Below are positions 25,784 to 40,200 of a DNA stretch of 64,000 nt, piece by piece. How positions within the stretch are numbered: position 1 is the stretch's first letter; each line of letters begins with the position of its first letter. The notes below the pieces were generated by a model. That model searched no databases and had not been told where the DNA came from. It was given only the letters and a program-made list of their open reading frames with translations. The stretch spans positions 1 through 64,000 of the forward strand of contig JAQGDQ010000436.1 of NCBI GenBank assembly GCA_030141605.1, written 5' to 3'. This DNA comes from Tubiluchus corallicola (Eukaryota > Animalia > Priapulida). Position numbers and translations under genes: made by a program.

Positions 25784-27666
25784 TAGTGTCTGGTGGTAGA
25801 GTCGGCGTACACTAAGTTGAGGTTAAAATATCCATTTTCCTGTTAATTCTTGCAAACCATAACTACTGGACATATGTTTAAAATGACTTTTGTGACTAAC
25901 AGCAGCCGAATTAATAACTTGTGTCGTATGCAAATTTTCGAAATAGAATGACGAAAGCTCTGTCTGGTTGCAAAAATCTTGTACACAAGCTGGAGTTATA
26001 ATAACAACAGATTAGAATTATGCGGTCTGATAACTGCAATAACGGCACGAAAATGATCAGAAATAATGCAATAATGATGATGACAACAAAATGGTACGCA
26101 GGCCTAAGAGAAGAACAATTTAAACAACATTTTTTTTGCTTTACGCAGGTGTGAAAATTAACATCACTTACTAAAATACGTTTCCCCAGAATCACTCTTG
26201 CATTACTGAATAAATTTTACATATTCATATTACTGAAGCGGACGTAAGTATCGGAAAGGCACATCAAATTAGTTGCAACCTCGTTACGAACCGAAATCAG
26301 GAGTCAAGAGTTAGATAGGGGTCAGGGCCTGGAAGTCGTCTTATTCATGTGCTTCTTTCACAAACAAAAATCAAGAAAATTAAACCACTAAGTTGTTCAA
26401 ATTTCTTGATTTTTACTCTGAATCACACTGTAGACACAACAAAAAGCAGTATTGGTATTTTCAAATGCAGAAGGTCGAGTATTAAGAAATTACCTTAGTA
26501 TAACCCACTACAAACAATCCAACTTTGTGTACCTTACACAGTACTACACCACAAGCACTTATATTTGTCCAGTATTTCAGTTATGTCAATTAATTTTTTT
26601 TACTTGTGACCTAATTTGCATTTTGTATCATGTGACCTTTGCTGTTGGAAGTTGAGTTGACCTTTGATTGACTTTCATGGTTTAATTTACTCAAAAGTAA
26701 TATTTGCCCCCCCCCCGAGAATGTAAAACTATGTCACAAAGATTTTGCATATTGTGTTTTTTGTTCCACGTGTGTGCGCCATTTTTGTTCCAATGGCAAA
26801 ATTCGATTTTATGTGTGACGATCAATTTATAGTTTTAAATAAATCTTTTTGTATTAAATAATTGGAACTTATCCGTGATTGTATTTATAGTATAGTTCTT
26901 AGCGTTTTCCTTTTTATGTGTTGTTTTTATCCTTTTACTCTTAACTTATTATTCACATCAATAATATTTACCTACTATAACAAATTTTAATCCTTACTTG
27001 CTCACTTGTACATACTATTTTAACTTAACTGTAATCTTCAGCTTATGAGAACCATTGGAGCAAAAGGTCCTGAAAGAAAGAAGCATTCTATTTTGAGACT
27101 ATAATTGACATTCAATGTTTTATTCACGTTAAAAGATTGCTTGGTACACTCGACTATGACATCTTAATACTGGAAAAAATTTGCCTGGCAGCAGTAATGG
27201 ATTAACAATAATGGTAATATTACGTCCGCATTGTTGTGAATCCCCGACTTGGATAGCATCTTATCACAGAAAACAACCAAGTGTTCTAAAATAACTTTAC
27301 TTTATTTGCATACAAATGAAATAATGAATGCAGTCATGTTTACTTCTTTGTAAACATCGTTTGTTTTAGAAAAAATAACGAACCTTTTACACAAACATAC
27401 AAAAGACAAGGATGATGTTTATCTCTTTCAGTAAGCTGTACAAACAGCTTTACGTATTAGCCATTCTTTCATTACCTTTCCAGCAGTTTTCATCAGTACT
27501 GAACAGGCATCTTTAGAGAGTACTAATAATGTGTACTAACAGAGGGTACTGCAGTTGCACGACTTAGGCAGTCATACATATAATGATCAAGTTATGAAAA
27601 GTTGCTTCTTGTATTACGGTTTTTGACTGCTTTATACTCCACATTGTAATAAAACTGGCTACACAC

Positions 27667-28375
27667 GACAACTAAACTTTCAAGATGCCAGTAAATCATC
27701 CAACCAGTCTTCTGATTCAGTTGTATCTTTGACAACTAAACTTTCAAGATGCCAGTAAATCATCCAACCAGATTTCTGATTCAGTCGTATCTTTGACAAC
27801 TAAACTTTCAAGATGCCAGTAAATCATCCAACCAGTCTTCTGATTCAGTCGTATCTTTGACAACTAAACTTTCAAGATGCCAGTAAATCATCCAACCAGT
27901 CTTCTGATTCAGTCGCATCTTTGACAACTAAACTTTCAAGATGCCAGCAAATCATCCAACCAGTCTTCTGATTCAATCGTATCTTTGACAACTAAACTTT
28001 CAAGATGCCAGTAAATCATCCAACCAGTCTTCTGATTCAGTCGCATCTTTGACAACTAAACTTTCAAGATGCCAGCAAATCATCCAACCAGTCTTCTGAT
28101 TCAGTCGTATCTTTGACAACTAAACTTTCAAGATGCCAGTAAATCATCCAACCAATCTTCTGATTCAGTTGTATCTTTGACATCTAAACTTTCAAGATGC
28201 CAGTAAATCATCCAACCAGTCTTCTGATTCAGTTGTATCTTTGACAACTAAACTTTCAAGATGCCAGTAAATCATCCAACCAATCTTCTGATTCAGTTGT
28301 ATCTTTGACAACTAAACTTTCAAGATGCCAGTAAATCATCCAACCAGTCTTCTGATTCAGTCGTATCTTTGGCAA
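27667..28375 (-). repeat. 64-bp tandem array x11, each unit being the Aven terminal coding exon plus stop plus AAGTTTAG
   Basis: Unit starts at 27667, 27731, 27795 ... 28307 (period 64). The minus-strand unit ttgtcaaagatacgactgaatcagaagactggttggatgatttactggcatcttgaaagtttag encodes (V)VKDTTESEDWLDDLLAS*. Confidence 0.95.
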
Positions 28376-31300
28376 CTGCAAATAGATAACTGATTAGCCT
28401 CGTTACTATTCAGTATGGATTAAGCAAAATGGCATCTGTGTAAAAGTGATGCTTATACTAAAACAATCTTTCAAAAACAGAATTTCACTAATTAGTCAAA
28501 ATCAACAAACACAAACAAAAACAACAACAATAAAAGCAATGATAACTACAGCAACAACGACGATGTCGACGACGACAATGACAACAAAAACACAGATTGG
28601 TTAATGATACAAATAAATTGTTAAGTTTATATTTGAAAACAAACAGCCCTGTAAAAAATAAATTTGGCCAACATCAAGATCAAACTGAAATCATCGAATC
28701 AGTAACGTGCGAACATTCCACCTAGTTTGTAGGCCGCTTCGTTCCGTTCTCGAGATTGTACGTTTTTTCTGAGACGCCCGACTGTTTTTTTGCATAGGCC
28801 GTTTGTGAAATTTTTTACAAAATTAGTGTGGGTAGGTTGACTAGGATTAGGAGCTATGAAAATTATATAATATATCTACCTGGTGTGATATAAAAGCAAC
28901 ACACAGAATTAAGGGTGGGCGGCAAAAAGAAAAGTGGAGAGAACTGGCAAGAAAGACAAGTTTGCTTCAAAACTTTATCTACAAAAACATGAGCAGATTT
29001 AATCAAGTTATTATTAGTTTAACAAACACAATCTCACCTGTATTTGATGCTGGTGATTTTGACTGGTGAACAACTGTAGCTCCACTCAACAAATTATCCA
29101 ATTCATCATCTAGTAATTGCTCATCCATCATATCTAAAAGTTCATCGGGTTTCTCTTTTGTTTCTAAAACCTCAACCTTTTGCAAACATAGCTTCTCTTC
29201 CAAAGTCTCTGTGACCTTCTCTATATCAGGTATCCCTGTGGTACCCAGAGCTAATGTCTCACTAGGCTCATTGCAAGTAGGGGTTGTTTTTCTTATTGTC
29301 TCAGCTATTCTTTGCATGTTATCATTGCTCAGAAGCTGGTCAAGTTCACTGTCAATATTCACAGTAGAATGTTTGACAGTGCTGCCATCTACGTCACTTT
29401 TAAAGGCGCTTATTTCAACGTTTCTAATTTCATCAGATAATGGAGGTTGAGGCACGTACGGTGTAGGATTGTAATTCTTTCCGTTTTTCCAAGCTTCTTC
29501 ATCGAGCCTAGCAATCTGGTTAGGCTATTGAACAAAAACATTCATAGTCACTTACAATATTTATTGAAATGAATATTTGAAGGACATGACCCATAAATTT
29601 CCACATACAAATAATGGCCTATGACACACATTTACATTAAATTACTTCCTGGTTAGTGTTGTTGTAAGACTTTTGCAAAAACAGCCGAAAAACATGATCC
29701 ACAAATCACAGGCTTAGTTAAAACACTTAGAAATATTTCAATATTTTGAAAATAATTTTAAAAGAAAACCGGACGATTGTGTAAACATTAGTTCAGAATA
29801 AAGAATGCTCTAAAATATTGAAAACTACAATAGCTTTTTTAAATCAAAACTTAGATTACACAATAATTACCTCAGATACTCAAATGTCTTTAAACTTACA
29901 AAGCTACGCACAGCTCAGTGAATCTACTAAGATTGACAACGGCGCCTTTTTGTCACATGCGTGTGGCCGACAAATAGAACGCGGCACCGTGATAACTATG
30001 ATCATGAACTGCAGTGTTAGTTTCTGATGTCTATATGACATAGAGCTCATTTTAGTTCACTCGTTTCTGATGTCACTCGTTTAAACAGTAATACTTATGC
30101 AAACGTGCTTGACGCGTAAGGGAAGATGCCTGTTATTGCACAAACTGTGGTTAGTTTCTGACATAAGCAATAGATGTGTTCGGCTGCCGTTTAATTAACT
30201 TTCTAAGCTAATTATTAAAATGTAAGAAACAATTACTGACTTTTATAGGCAAGAAAACGTATATTTTGGACAGCAAATTAAAATGAGACTGAGTCTAAAC
30301 AATCATCCGGTTTTCCTTTAATATTTTCTTGTGACCACTGTTGCATTTTAGGCTGGTGAAACTAAACCATTATCACAGTTTCTTGGCCTTCGGTGGCAAC
30401 AATTTAAGCCAGTAATTTTCTTTTTGAAAAAAAAACAAGTATTTTAATATGATAAACTAAAAATACTCTATTTAAATTTGTTAGTATTTTGTTTAAATTT
30501 CTTGATTATGTTAGCAAATAATTATTAATAATACTTGTGTATTTACAAAACTTAAACACTATTTATGTATTCTATTTTTTCTTTTTCTTATCTTATTTAT
30601 TTTAATTTATTTCTCTCGGGCATTAAAGCGGATTATTTTTCGTTTTATACAACCCGCAGACAACATATTGCAAGGCAATACAGGTAAAGCTCACCCAACA
30701 AAATGTAGCAGGACAGGAATCTATGTAAAACGACACACCGCACCTTTCACATATCATAACTGAGAAATAAGGATAGGTATGAAATTCAACCTATCAAATG
30801 CCACTCTTGAACTTAGGATTAAGTTAGGATGAAATTTACATCAAGATTAGTAGATACTTTACCATTGAAAAGTTTTGGTTAAGATTATGTTCCTATTGCA
30901 TTATGTTTTTAAAAAGAACCACACAGAACAATTTTTCTCTGGATTCCCATCAATCAAATTATCATTTAAAGGCAGGGTTGCCGGATTAGAAAATTAGAAA
31001 TATGCGACACTCTTAAAATCTCTCTCTATATTAGTAACAACTTCTAACAACACTAGTTTCCTCTTCATTAAGAGAATATGAGAAAAGAAAGTATAATTAC
31101 TTATAAAGTTACAACTAAGAAGGTAGTAAAAATGTAGTTCTATTACTAAATTTGAAAATGAACTGAATACCAGACATTTGGATGTCCCTGAAAGGTCAGT
31201 ACGGGACAGGGACATCAAATATGGGACATGTCTTGTATATAAGGGAACCCTCTCTAAAGGTTTTTTTCAATGAGACGTAGCTAAAAGACGGAACAATACC

Positions 31301-32608
31301 TCAAGTAGATGCTCTATTTCAAGTCTCTTATAAAGTGGAATTGAGTTCACAGCAGTGGCAAGTTCTTCGATGTCTAATTTCAAGAAACCTTTTGTATCGG
31401 GAGTCGTGGCGAGTTCTTCGTCTGCTTCTTTTTCTTGTTGAAAGCGAAAGTAATCCGACGATGCTTGAAAAATCATGCGACAACTTTAAGAACAATTATA
31501 TTAGTCGAGAGAACAAAACTGTAAAATGCACACATTTGTGTATGATGTTTGTTTAAAACGCATTACACAATACATACTGTGCAACAATAACACAGCAACT
31601 ATGAATTTAACTCTCAAACAAAGTAGGGGGAATGGGGTAATTTGGAACCCATTTTAATTTAAATGATTATTAAACACTTCCTGCTTCCAACGTTAAGTTT
31701 TCTGCTTATAAAACACATAACACCCTCAAGCATAGAGGGTAACCTTCTTGTGGTAATGTTTGTTCATATAAACACTGCAAAATGTTTAGTTTATACAATT
31801 ATATCTATAAAAACGTACGTCAATAATACCTATAAAAACAAATTAATGTAATCTTAACATATCAGTTAAAGAAAGCTGTCAATTCTATAATGGCAAAGTG
31901 TTTGAGAATTTATTTGTATAAAAAATGTATAATAATTTTCTGTGTCAAGTAAGTCGGGTATACTACAATGTTTGTAATCAGAGCTGGCAATTTGAGATTA
32001 GATAAGATTATAACTTCTTAATATAAATTTATTAGACAAAAATATGAAAAAATGGGCCCAAATTGTCACATCTCACCCAATTTAAAATTGGTTATTGGTT
32101 TTACTTCAATAAGTATAATTAGAAGTTTGTGTTGGTAAGTACACTATTTATGGAAACACAAAGTTCAAAAGTACTCATTAAACCAATAACGTACAAAAAG
32201 CATTAAGAGTTATGTTATGTTAGCCTCTTCGGTTTTGCTTCAAATCATTTTAAAAAATGTATGCCACTACTGTAGACTGCTTCCCATTTCAAAAAAAAGT
32301 AAAGAGGAGTTATTAAGATGTTAGAAAAATAATTCTTCATTTTTTGGAAAATGTCACGCAAAATGCCAATCTTGACTTTGTAGTATAAACTAATATAATC
32401 TTATTATATATGCCGGGTTTTTGGCAGGTCACACGATCAACGCCCACTTTTACTTGGATAACTCAAATACGCAAGTACCTGTACCTCCACAATCAATCAG
32501 CGAGCTAAAATCTGCTCCTCTTAAGTGCTGAGATACTTCTTCTGTCGCTTGCTCAAGATCTGGTTTTGTATTATCAATAATTTTTCTTTTTCCATAAAAT
32601 TTCTTCAT
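28320..32608 (-). CDS. AVEN: Cell death regulator Aven-like protein (about 278 aa); exons 32608-32479, 31463-31300, 29524-29038, 28375-28320; probable non-coding exon ending at 33901
   Basis: Phase-consistent GT-AG exons. YGKRKII..RGADFSSLI..YFRFQQEKE..LDIEELATAVNSIPLYKRLEI and C-terminal EDWLDDLLAS match recalled Aven motifs (YSRRKIV, RGTDFSVLL, QFRFAEEKEW, LQELPLCLRL, EDWLDSMIS). The start codon is uncertain. Confidence 0.85.
31623..32080. mobile_element. Decayed MITE (gtagggggaatggggtaatttgg ... ccaaattgtcacatctcaccc)
   Basis: Degenerate TIRs flanking an AT-rich interior. Confidence 0.45.
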
Positions 32609-32724
32609 CCTGAGGATATCCTGATAAATGGAAGCTGCAAGAAAAATTTATACCAATGTGAAATGTGAAAATACATGCATACTTCAATCACCCGGTTCAT
32701 CTGATTTGAATGGCCAGTCAATGA

Positions 32725-33165
32725 ATCTTACCAACCGGGATCCTAAGCAGGTGTTAACTCTCTACAAAGCTTACGTGCGTCCATTATTAGAACATTCTAG
32801 TGTAGTATGGTCACCATTGTTACAATTTGACATCAAGAGATTGCAGAAAGTTGAAAATAGGTGCCTGCGATTATGTTATGCAGCTGTTTGCATCCTGAGA
32901 TTTGTTCACTCCAAAAAAGGAGAGAAACAGCTGATTTGTACGAGGTATTCAAGAATGTGCAGACAACCGCTTTAGTTGTGATACACTGTTTAAGGCTGCA
33001 CCTCTGCTGTCCACTCGCGGTCATTCTAAGAAACTTATGCAAGAACTAATTGTAAAAGTTAATTTTTTCACACCGCGTAGTGAACAAATGGAACAGTTTG
33101 CCAGAAAGAGTGGTTAGTGCACCGAAATTAAACCTTTTTAAGGAGAGACTGAGGGCTTCACGATA
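32725..33165 (+). mobile_element. 5'-truncated CR1/L2-clade LINE fragment (RT C-terminal region), degenerate, in an Aven 5' intron
   Basis: LYKAYVRPLLEHSSVVWSP..DIKRLQKVENR, SLQKRRETADL, (L)RGH..KL and FFTHRVVNKWNSLPERVVSAP..FKERL are CR1/L2 3' signatures; frameshifted. Confidence 0.9.
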
Positions 33166-33900
33166 GTCATGCTTTAAGAAGCCAAATATATGAAAGATTA
33201 GTAAAGTTATTACTGTTTATGTTCCAGCTGCATGAAAGCCAGAAAAAATGAAAACATAAAATTTGACCACATTCAGCTTATTTAAACGTATTTACAAAGA
33301 TGCTAACCAATTTCAAGGCTTGGAATAAAATGTGTTATATCTAGGGATGAATCAGTAAATAATTCATTGATTTTGAAAAAAGGGTTATTGTTTTACTCAG
33401 CGGAAAATCAAAATTGGCATTCATTGGCTTTTTTTACAAATTAACTCTTTGATTGCCATATGGAAACGAGGTGTGTTGGATACTCTGCACGTGATCTAAA
33501 CTAAATAAAAGCACCAATACTATTACTGTCACATGTATGTTGAAACAATAGCTGTGTCATAAAAACTGTAACAAACAATTATACAATCATATCTGCCTTG
33601 ATTATTATTCTTCTGAGTTATTATAACGAAATGTCATAGTGAGTAAGCGAAGAGCATTTGTAAGTTATATTTGTAAACATTCCAGATAATGGCCAACTAG
33701 TTGATTTATAAAAGCGCGCTTTCACTATATCCTTGGCATTCAAATTCTAAATACGGTACGATAGAATGCACGTGTACTAATGGGGTACGCTTGTTACTGT
33801 ATGCGCGCTGCATCAACACTTAATTATAAATTCAAGTAAACTAAACTTGAATACACATTCAGAAAAGAAAATCGTGGCACCAATTCTGTGGTCATCTTAC

Positions 33901-34090
33901 CCTGATTGTAGTTTAGCTATATGTACTTGCTGGAAGTTATTCTTGCAAAATAAATTCGTGCAAAGTTCAACAGAAACATCGTTTTTTATTCAGCAAAAAC
34001 TTCAACGAAACTTTCCCGCAAGCAGTGCGCTTGGTTGCATCCATGTAACGCTAAAACGGGCGATAATGTCTCGGCGCCCTCTATACTTAC
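33901..34090 (-). promoter_or_regulatory. Probable Aven promoter and non-coding first exon
   Basis: Donor AGG|GTAAGA at 33901/33900, local CpG enrichment, and a CTCF-like core GCGCCCTCTA at 34074-34083. Confidence 0.45.
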
Positions 34091-35309
34091 TAAAATTAAC
34101 ATTTCGTAATAAGATAAAAGGAAATCATTATTGTAATGCTGATTATTAACTAAACTCTATTATGTTCCATAAACAACTGATCATCTTTGTAGATATCTAT
34201 AAAAATCACCTATGTAGATATCATTATTGTAATGCTGATTATTAACTAAACTCTATTACTTTGCACACAGCCGGTTTATGTAGTATTTAACGTGTATTGC
34301 TTTGCCAATATACATTGTGTGTATTTTTGCAAATAAAACTGAATTGAATTGAATTATGTTTCATTAACAATTGATCATCTTAGTAGATATCTGTAAAAAT
34401 GACTTTGACAGGTTTTACGTTTGTTTGGCTAAGAATCCATTCCTTGTCCTGGCCTTTGCTTTATTAATAATCGCAAGAAAACATTATCACAATCAGTTCG
34501 ATTATAATTTATTCGCATTTTATTATTAGTACCGTTTTCAACAAATTCATTGCACATCGTACTTACAAGATTACATGACAAATGCACAGCAGCAAACAAT
34601 ATGGAAGCCATAGTAAATCAGAAGTTTTGTTGTATCACAATTTGTAACATACTAATACTAATATTTGCTAAACTATCAGACTTATTTCAACTGTCGACTG
34701 TAACTCTTCAGGCTTTTTAAAGACCTACTCATATGCTATTGTACAGTTCTACATGCACTTTTCATACTGAAATCTGTCATTCGGTGGACATTACAGGCTA
34801 ACAACTACCGAATCATTAAGGCAAATTACACAGAAGCTTTATTTAAACAAACAGAATAAGAATTCAATTTCGAAAATACGAGATTCAGAAAAAGGGGGGC
34901 ATGCTTTGACATCAATGGTATTTGCTCAACAATTTTATGCAAGCAAACTAACAAAATCAAAATGGTAGATCCATTTTAATAGTGTATCAGAGCAGAATGA
35001 CCAACTTCCAGATAAAAAAGAAGAAATAGATCTTGATCATAGTTGCCAATAACAAACATTTGTCAAACAGGCTAATCTTACAGAAGGGAGATTTGTCGAA
35101 ATTTAGCCAAATTCATTTAGGAAGAAGAAATCGCAGATGAGAGATGACCATCGTCACATCAGGTTAATAATTACTTACTTGTGGTTCAAAATATTTTCAT
35201 TCCATTATCAGTAAGTGGGTAATGCAAGAAAGGTTAGAAGTAAAGTTGCCTGGATAAGATTCAGAATATAGACTGCAAAGTGAGACAGTTACCACAGTGA
35301 GAAATTGTT

Positions 35310-35588
35310 TTCATGCTAGCACAATAACATTCATGATAGCACAATAGCATTCGTGCTAGCATAATAACATTCATGGTAGCACAATAGCATTCGTGCTAGC
35401 ATAATAACATTCGTGGTAACACAATAGCATTTGTGCTAGCATAATAACATTCATGGTAACACAATAGCATTCGTGCTAGCATAATAACATTCGTGGTAAC
35501 ACAATAGCATTCGTGCTAGCATAATAACATTCGTGGTAACACAATAGCATTCGTGCTAGCATAACAACATTCATGCTAGCACAATAAT
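35310..35588. repeat. 21-bp minisatellite (about 13 units, with 42-bp higher-order alternation)
   Basis: Units tcgtgctagcataataacat(t) / tcgtggtaacacaatagcat(t). Confidence 0.92.
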
Positions 35589-37289
35589 GTGAAAATGCAT
35601 TCCTAACATTAGCATAAAGTCACAAACAGTCTGCGACAGAGGTAGTACAATCAAACTCACTGCAACAACGCATTATGGGATTATGAGACTCAAACATTTT
35701 CAAGGCTTACTATACTGCATACAGAATGTCGTGTGTTTGCAAAAACCTCGCAAAAATTTACAGGTACTTCAAGTAATACGATTACAATTTAATTTATAAC
35801 AAAGCAAAACCATTGGAATACTACAAACTGGTGTAAGAAATGTTAAACTAATAACAGCTCTTTTACTTACTTATTCGCACTAACTCAAATACTATACAAG
35901 TACTGTAAGACAATTACCTACAATTCATGATATGTACGTAAGCTGCAGCATTTTTGTAAAAACTGAACTACATAGCACCAACTTAATTTTAAATAATTAT
36001 TAAGCAAATGAGGCAAATTATGCTATAACACGATTGGCAAACATAACGACAATATTTTGTACAACAAGTTCTATAACAATTTAATACATGTGGATGATTA
36101 GAATACAATCGCACAATAACGAATCCAAAGCGATTGTGTCATACACTTGATTAGAGCGTTTGCACAGTCTAATTATGCTCTTAGCCTACAAGGAAAATGG
36201 TCTTTGCTTTCTTCAGTCACTGCATGCTACATGTTAGGTGAAACAAACAAACAAGAGATACCACACAAACTATAGCTAAGAATAAGGCCTATGACTAGAT
36301 GGTGCATCAATGGAGATTTATCACTATAACACTTTGCTATATTAGATAGGATGAGACATATTACATCATTTTGTGCTACTCTTTTACCTTAAATACCTCA
36401 GATCAGAGTAAAAATACACTAAACACTACAAAATCACACATATATGTTTTTGCTCGTAAATGGGCACTTGCAAGTGAAAAAGCAAATCTATTAAAATGGA
36501 AAGACCAAGGAATGTTATCTACTAAGCATCAGATGTTATTTAAAATAGAAAAATGGTGAAGTGGATAAGTGGTGGATAACGTAATTAAAACAGTAACAAT
36601 GGACATTTTCACAGCCTACAGTAATAACACAGATAAGAATACCGTTGTTACGTTTAACTAGAAGTGGATGTAAATTCCAAATTTTGGGATCGGGGAACGG
36701 TGCTGCAACACTTAGGCTAGTGTAGTCAATTTCATAGCCCGGGTTTGGTATACGTGGCATAAACTTCATTTGGTGACATAATCTTCTCTATATGCTACTG
36801 TCTGAAACGTTAGATCTAATCAAAACAAGTATTTACCACTGATTATAATGTCTATTGATAATTTACGCCTATATTTCACACTACTATTTCCAATTACTAT
36901 ACCAATTTTGAATTTTTTATATATCTGGGGCAAAATAACATGGATACTAAATTATTCTGTTTTTTATCAGCACATTAAATGATCTGGTTACATTAACTTC
37001 AGTCTGCATAAATAACCTATAGTATGCGTGCAAGATCAATAATATTCTTTTTATATATGATGCACTACAATAGTTGTGATCCAAATCCAATGCTCTGGGA
37101 TTAAGTTATTCCTTATGTCAAAACCCCAAAGTCAGAATGGGTTCTAGGATTGACAATGTCTGCAAGTGAATATAAGTGACATAATAAAACATTTTCCACA
37201 AACATAATTATTCACAATATACAAACATAAAAGTATGGACTGCGGAGGAAACATAATCATTCAGTCCAGGGCTGGGATACAGTGACTTA

Positions 37290-40200
37290 TCAACAACTTG
37301 GCTGTTTCCAGGCATCTCTTAATGTAAGAACCTCTTCCCGACATTTCTCTCGCAATCTTCCGTCTTTTACTTCGTGCACTGGCATTTCAGTCTAAGAGAA
37401 ATCACACAAGCTTTAAGTTATACAGTCTTCAAGAATCACAGATCAACAAATAATGGCCAATGTTAGGAATATGATAGTTTTTCATTAACTCGTACCCTCG
37501 TAAAATTTTGAGACAATCCTGAGCACTCAGTTTAAACAAACACAAATCGTGCTACTAGTTCTTATTCACTGCATCGTCTTAATTCAGCTAACTAAAATAG
37601 CGCTGCATTAGTTTTATGTTTTCCTGCTTCAAACAGCAAATAGCGGAAGATCCAGAAATGAACGTTAACTGTCGTATAAAGTCACTACAAGCTCTGAAGA
37701 TAATCATAGTTAATTTATATTGATCAATCGCTGAATTTTTTAATGGAATAGTGGAATAAAGCATGTCACATCCAGATAATCTAAAGCAGGAATATGAAAC
37801 AGGCTGGTTTTGTCACACTTATTTCAGACAAAGCAAACATTACAAAGAAAATGAGCGGAGATCAGGATTCAGAGTCTGAACAGTAACAATCAACAATCTA
37901 TGTCTTGCAAATGTCTGCAATGCTGCTAAACTGTGGGGTGCAATGATTAGCCATCTAACAGAAAATGGGATATATTGAATGTGGGCTCTGATGTTTTTGC
38001 CAAATGTTTTGCACAATTTGTCAGAGTCAATCATCTTTCAGAAACCAAGTTTAAGTATGTTATCACCTCTCTTACCTGTTTATATTATGAACAGTATACA
38101 TACAGTATACATCAAGAAAAGTATACATACAGAGGAACTTCATTAGCAGTGGCGGCTCATAACTAAAATCAGTGGGGGTGTTGCTTCAGAAAATTTTTAG
38201 CCATTGCTTTAATACTGTGCAAAACAAAACAAACATATGTAATTTTAATGTTGTAATTTGTAATTGTAATTTTAAACAAACAAACGTACAAAAGTTTATA
38301 CATAAACTTGATAAAATCCTAAATAAAAAATTGTTTTGCTTACTAATAGCCTAAATTGCTGCAGTTCAAGCTTAATCCATTCATGGTAAGCAAGCAACAA
38401 CTGACAACAAACTGTATGAGCAACAGTACTTTCTCTACTTGGACTCAGACATGTGTGCATGGCTGCATGCACACAACAGCCAAACACCGCATTGCAGGAG
38501 CGCACTGTGCTGAGCTGTGAAGCAAACACTACTAACCTCACCTGCTCTGGTTCCGAACCAGTGTAAAGAAAGAACTAAAGAAAAAAGACTTATTATATTG
38601 AATATTATCAATAATATTGAGTGAAAATAGGGGGTGCTGCAGTTCCACAGTGTCTATACACGAGCCGCCACTGTTAATTAGTATGCAGGAGTACTCAAAA
38701 TGATATGACAGTAAATGGTAAAGGTAATATTGTAAGCTGAGCAAACAGACCTGAAAGATCTCCTGCCATGTTTGACAAAGCTGCTGCAGAAATTTATGCT
38801 GTTCCCATTCAGATGTAAAATAGAGAATCCAGTGGGCATTTTTTGTTGATCCGCCGAGAGAATGAGAGTCCTGAAAAACATTGCATGTGATCAGTTTAGT
38901 TTAATGAGGCTGCAAATAATAGCACCTCGGTGCTTCCATTAGTAACTGATAATCTTGAACTTGAGTACAAGTAATAAGTTTACATGTAAATTATATCAAA
39001 GTTTAATTCAACTTTGCGTTTGACTTATTGAAAATCTTCGATTAATTCCGAAGTCCAAAATAAATGGTAGAAATCTGCTGGCAGGCACACAGATTCTTAA
39101 CTATTCATACACGCCATCTCTCTCAATAAGGTATATATTATCAAGGACAACAATTTGAGGTGGTCATCGATCCACTTATTAACCAAGTCAAGTGTTGCTT
39201 AACTTCAATAGCTAACAACACACTTCGTAACCACGCCAAATTGATTGGCTTCATATTGTAATTGACAATGCAGGTTAATATGTCAGCACTCCAGAGCATG
39301 GAAATGATAATGCAGCATCAACAAACCACACATTCTCAATATCTCAATTTCTGATGAATCAAAAGCACATATTGTGTGGATTATTTAGAATTAGTAATTA
39401 ATCAGTTATAGTTGCCATATTTGTGACTGCGGTGGCAAAGCTTTACTAGGAAGGTAAACACCATCACCCAAATGTAGAAAGAGAGATATTAGCAGGACCT
39501 CTCAGTGCTTACCAATGCCATAATCATAATTAGGAACATGGTTCAAAGCCTTCAAGTACATTGCATAAATTACAGTAGCTTAAATGACATTAACAGCAAC
39601 CAGAATCGTATTTTAGCAAATAACTTTATTATTATCAATAAACAAAATAACATGTCTACCAGCTTGCTACTTCCATTAGATTAGTCCAGTTTTTGCAATG
39701 CATTACTTGCATGCTTCAAACCATGTCTGTAGCTGTGATTAAAGTGTTGGTAAATGCTAAAACATTAGGCATTTAAAAATGTAAATAATGACGCTCTACA
39801 TTTAGTAGCTGATGTTTACTTGTGCAAACCTAGTAAAGGCCACCATTTTAGTAACATTTCAGCTAAACTCCAATATTCAAACGTGAGAATTTGAACATTA
39901 GAAAAACATGCGAATACAGTATAAACTTGACAAGCACATATAATAATTCTTCAAATAATATCAGAACTGTAAAAAGTCATGCAAAATCATTTACAAAAAT
40001 AAGATGTACCATAAAGGTGTTTTGAAAGCTTAGAAAATAAAACTGCTTAATAGAAATTCCATAAAAAATATTTCATTACTAACTATAACTGACATGCGGC
40101 ATTTGATAACAAAATGTTCTCGTTTAACCCTCAAACATTGTTTATTAGACGTAGCAATGAGTGATTGTACAGTCTGTACTTAACTTTGCTGTTATTTTTT

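Noticed and set aside
27667-28375. CRISPR-like regular array
   Set aside because: The units are contiguous 64-bp near-identical repeats with no unique spacers, there are no cas genes, and the context is a spliced eukaryotic gene.
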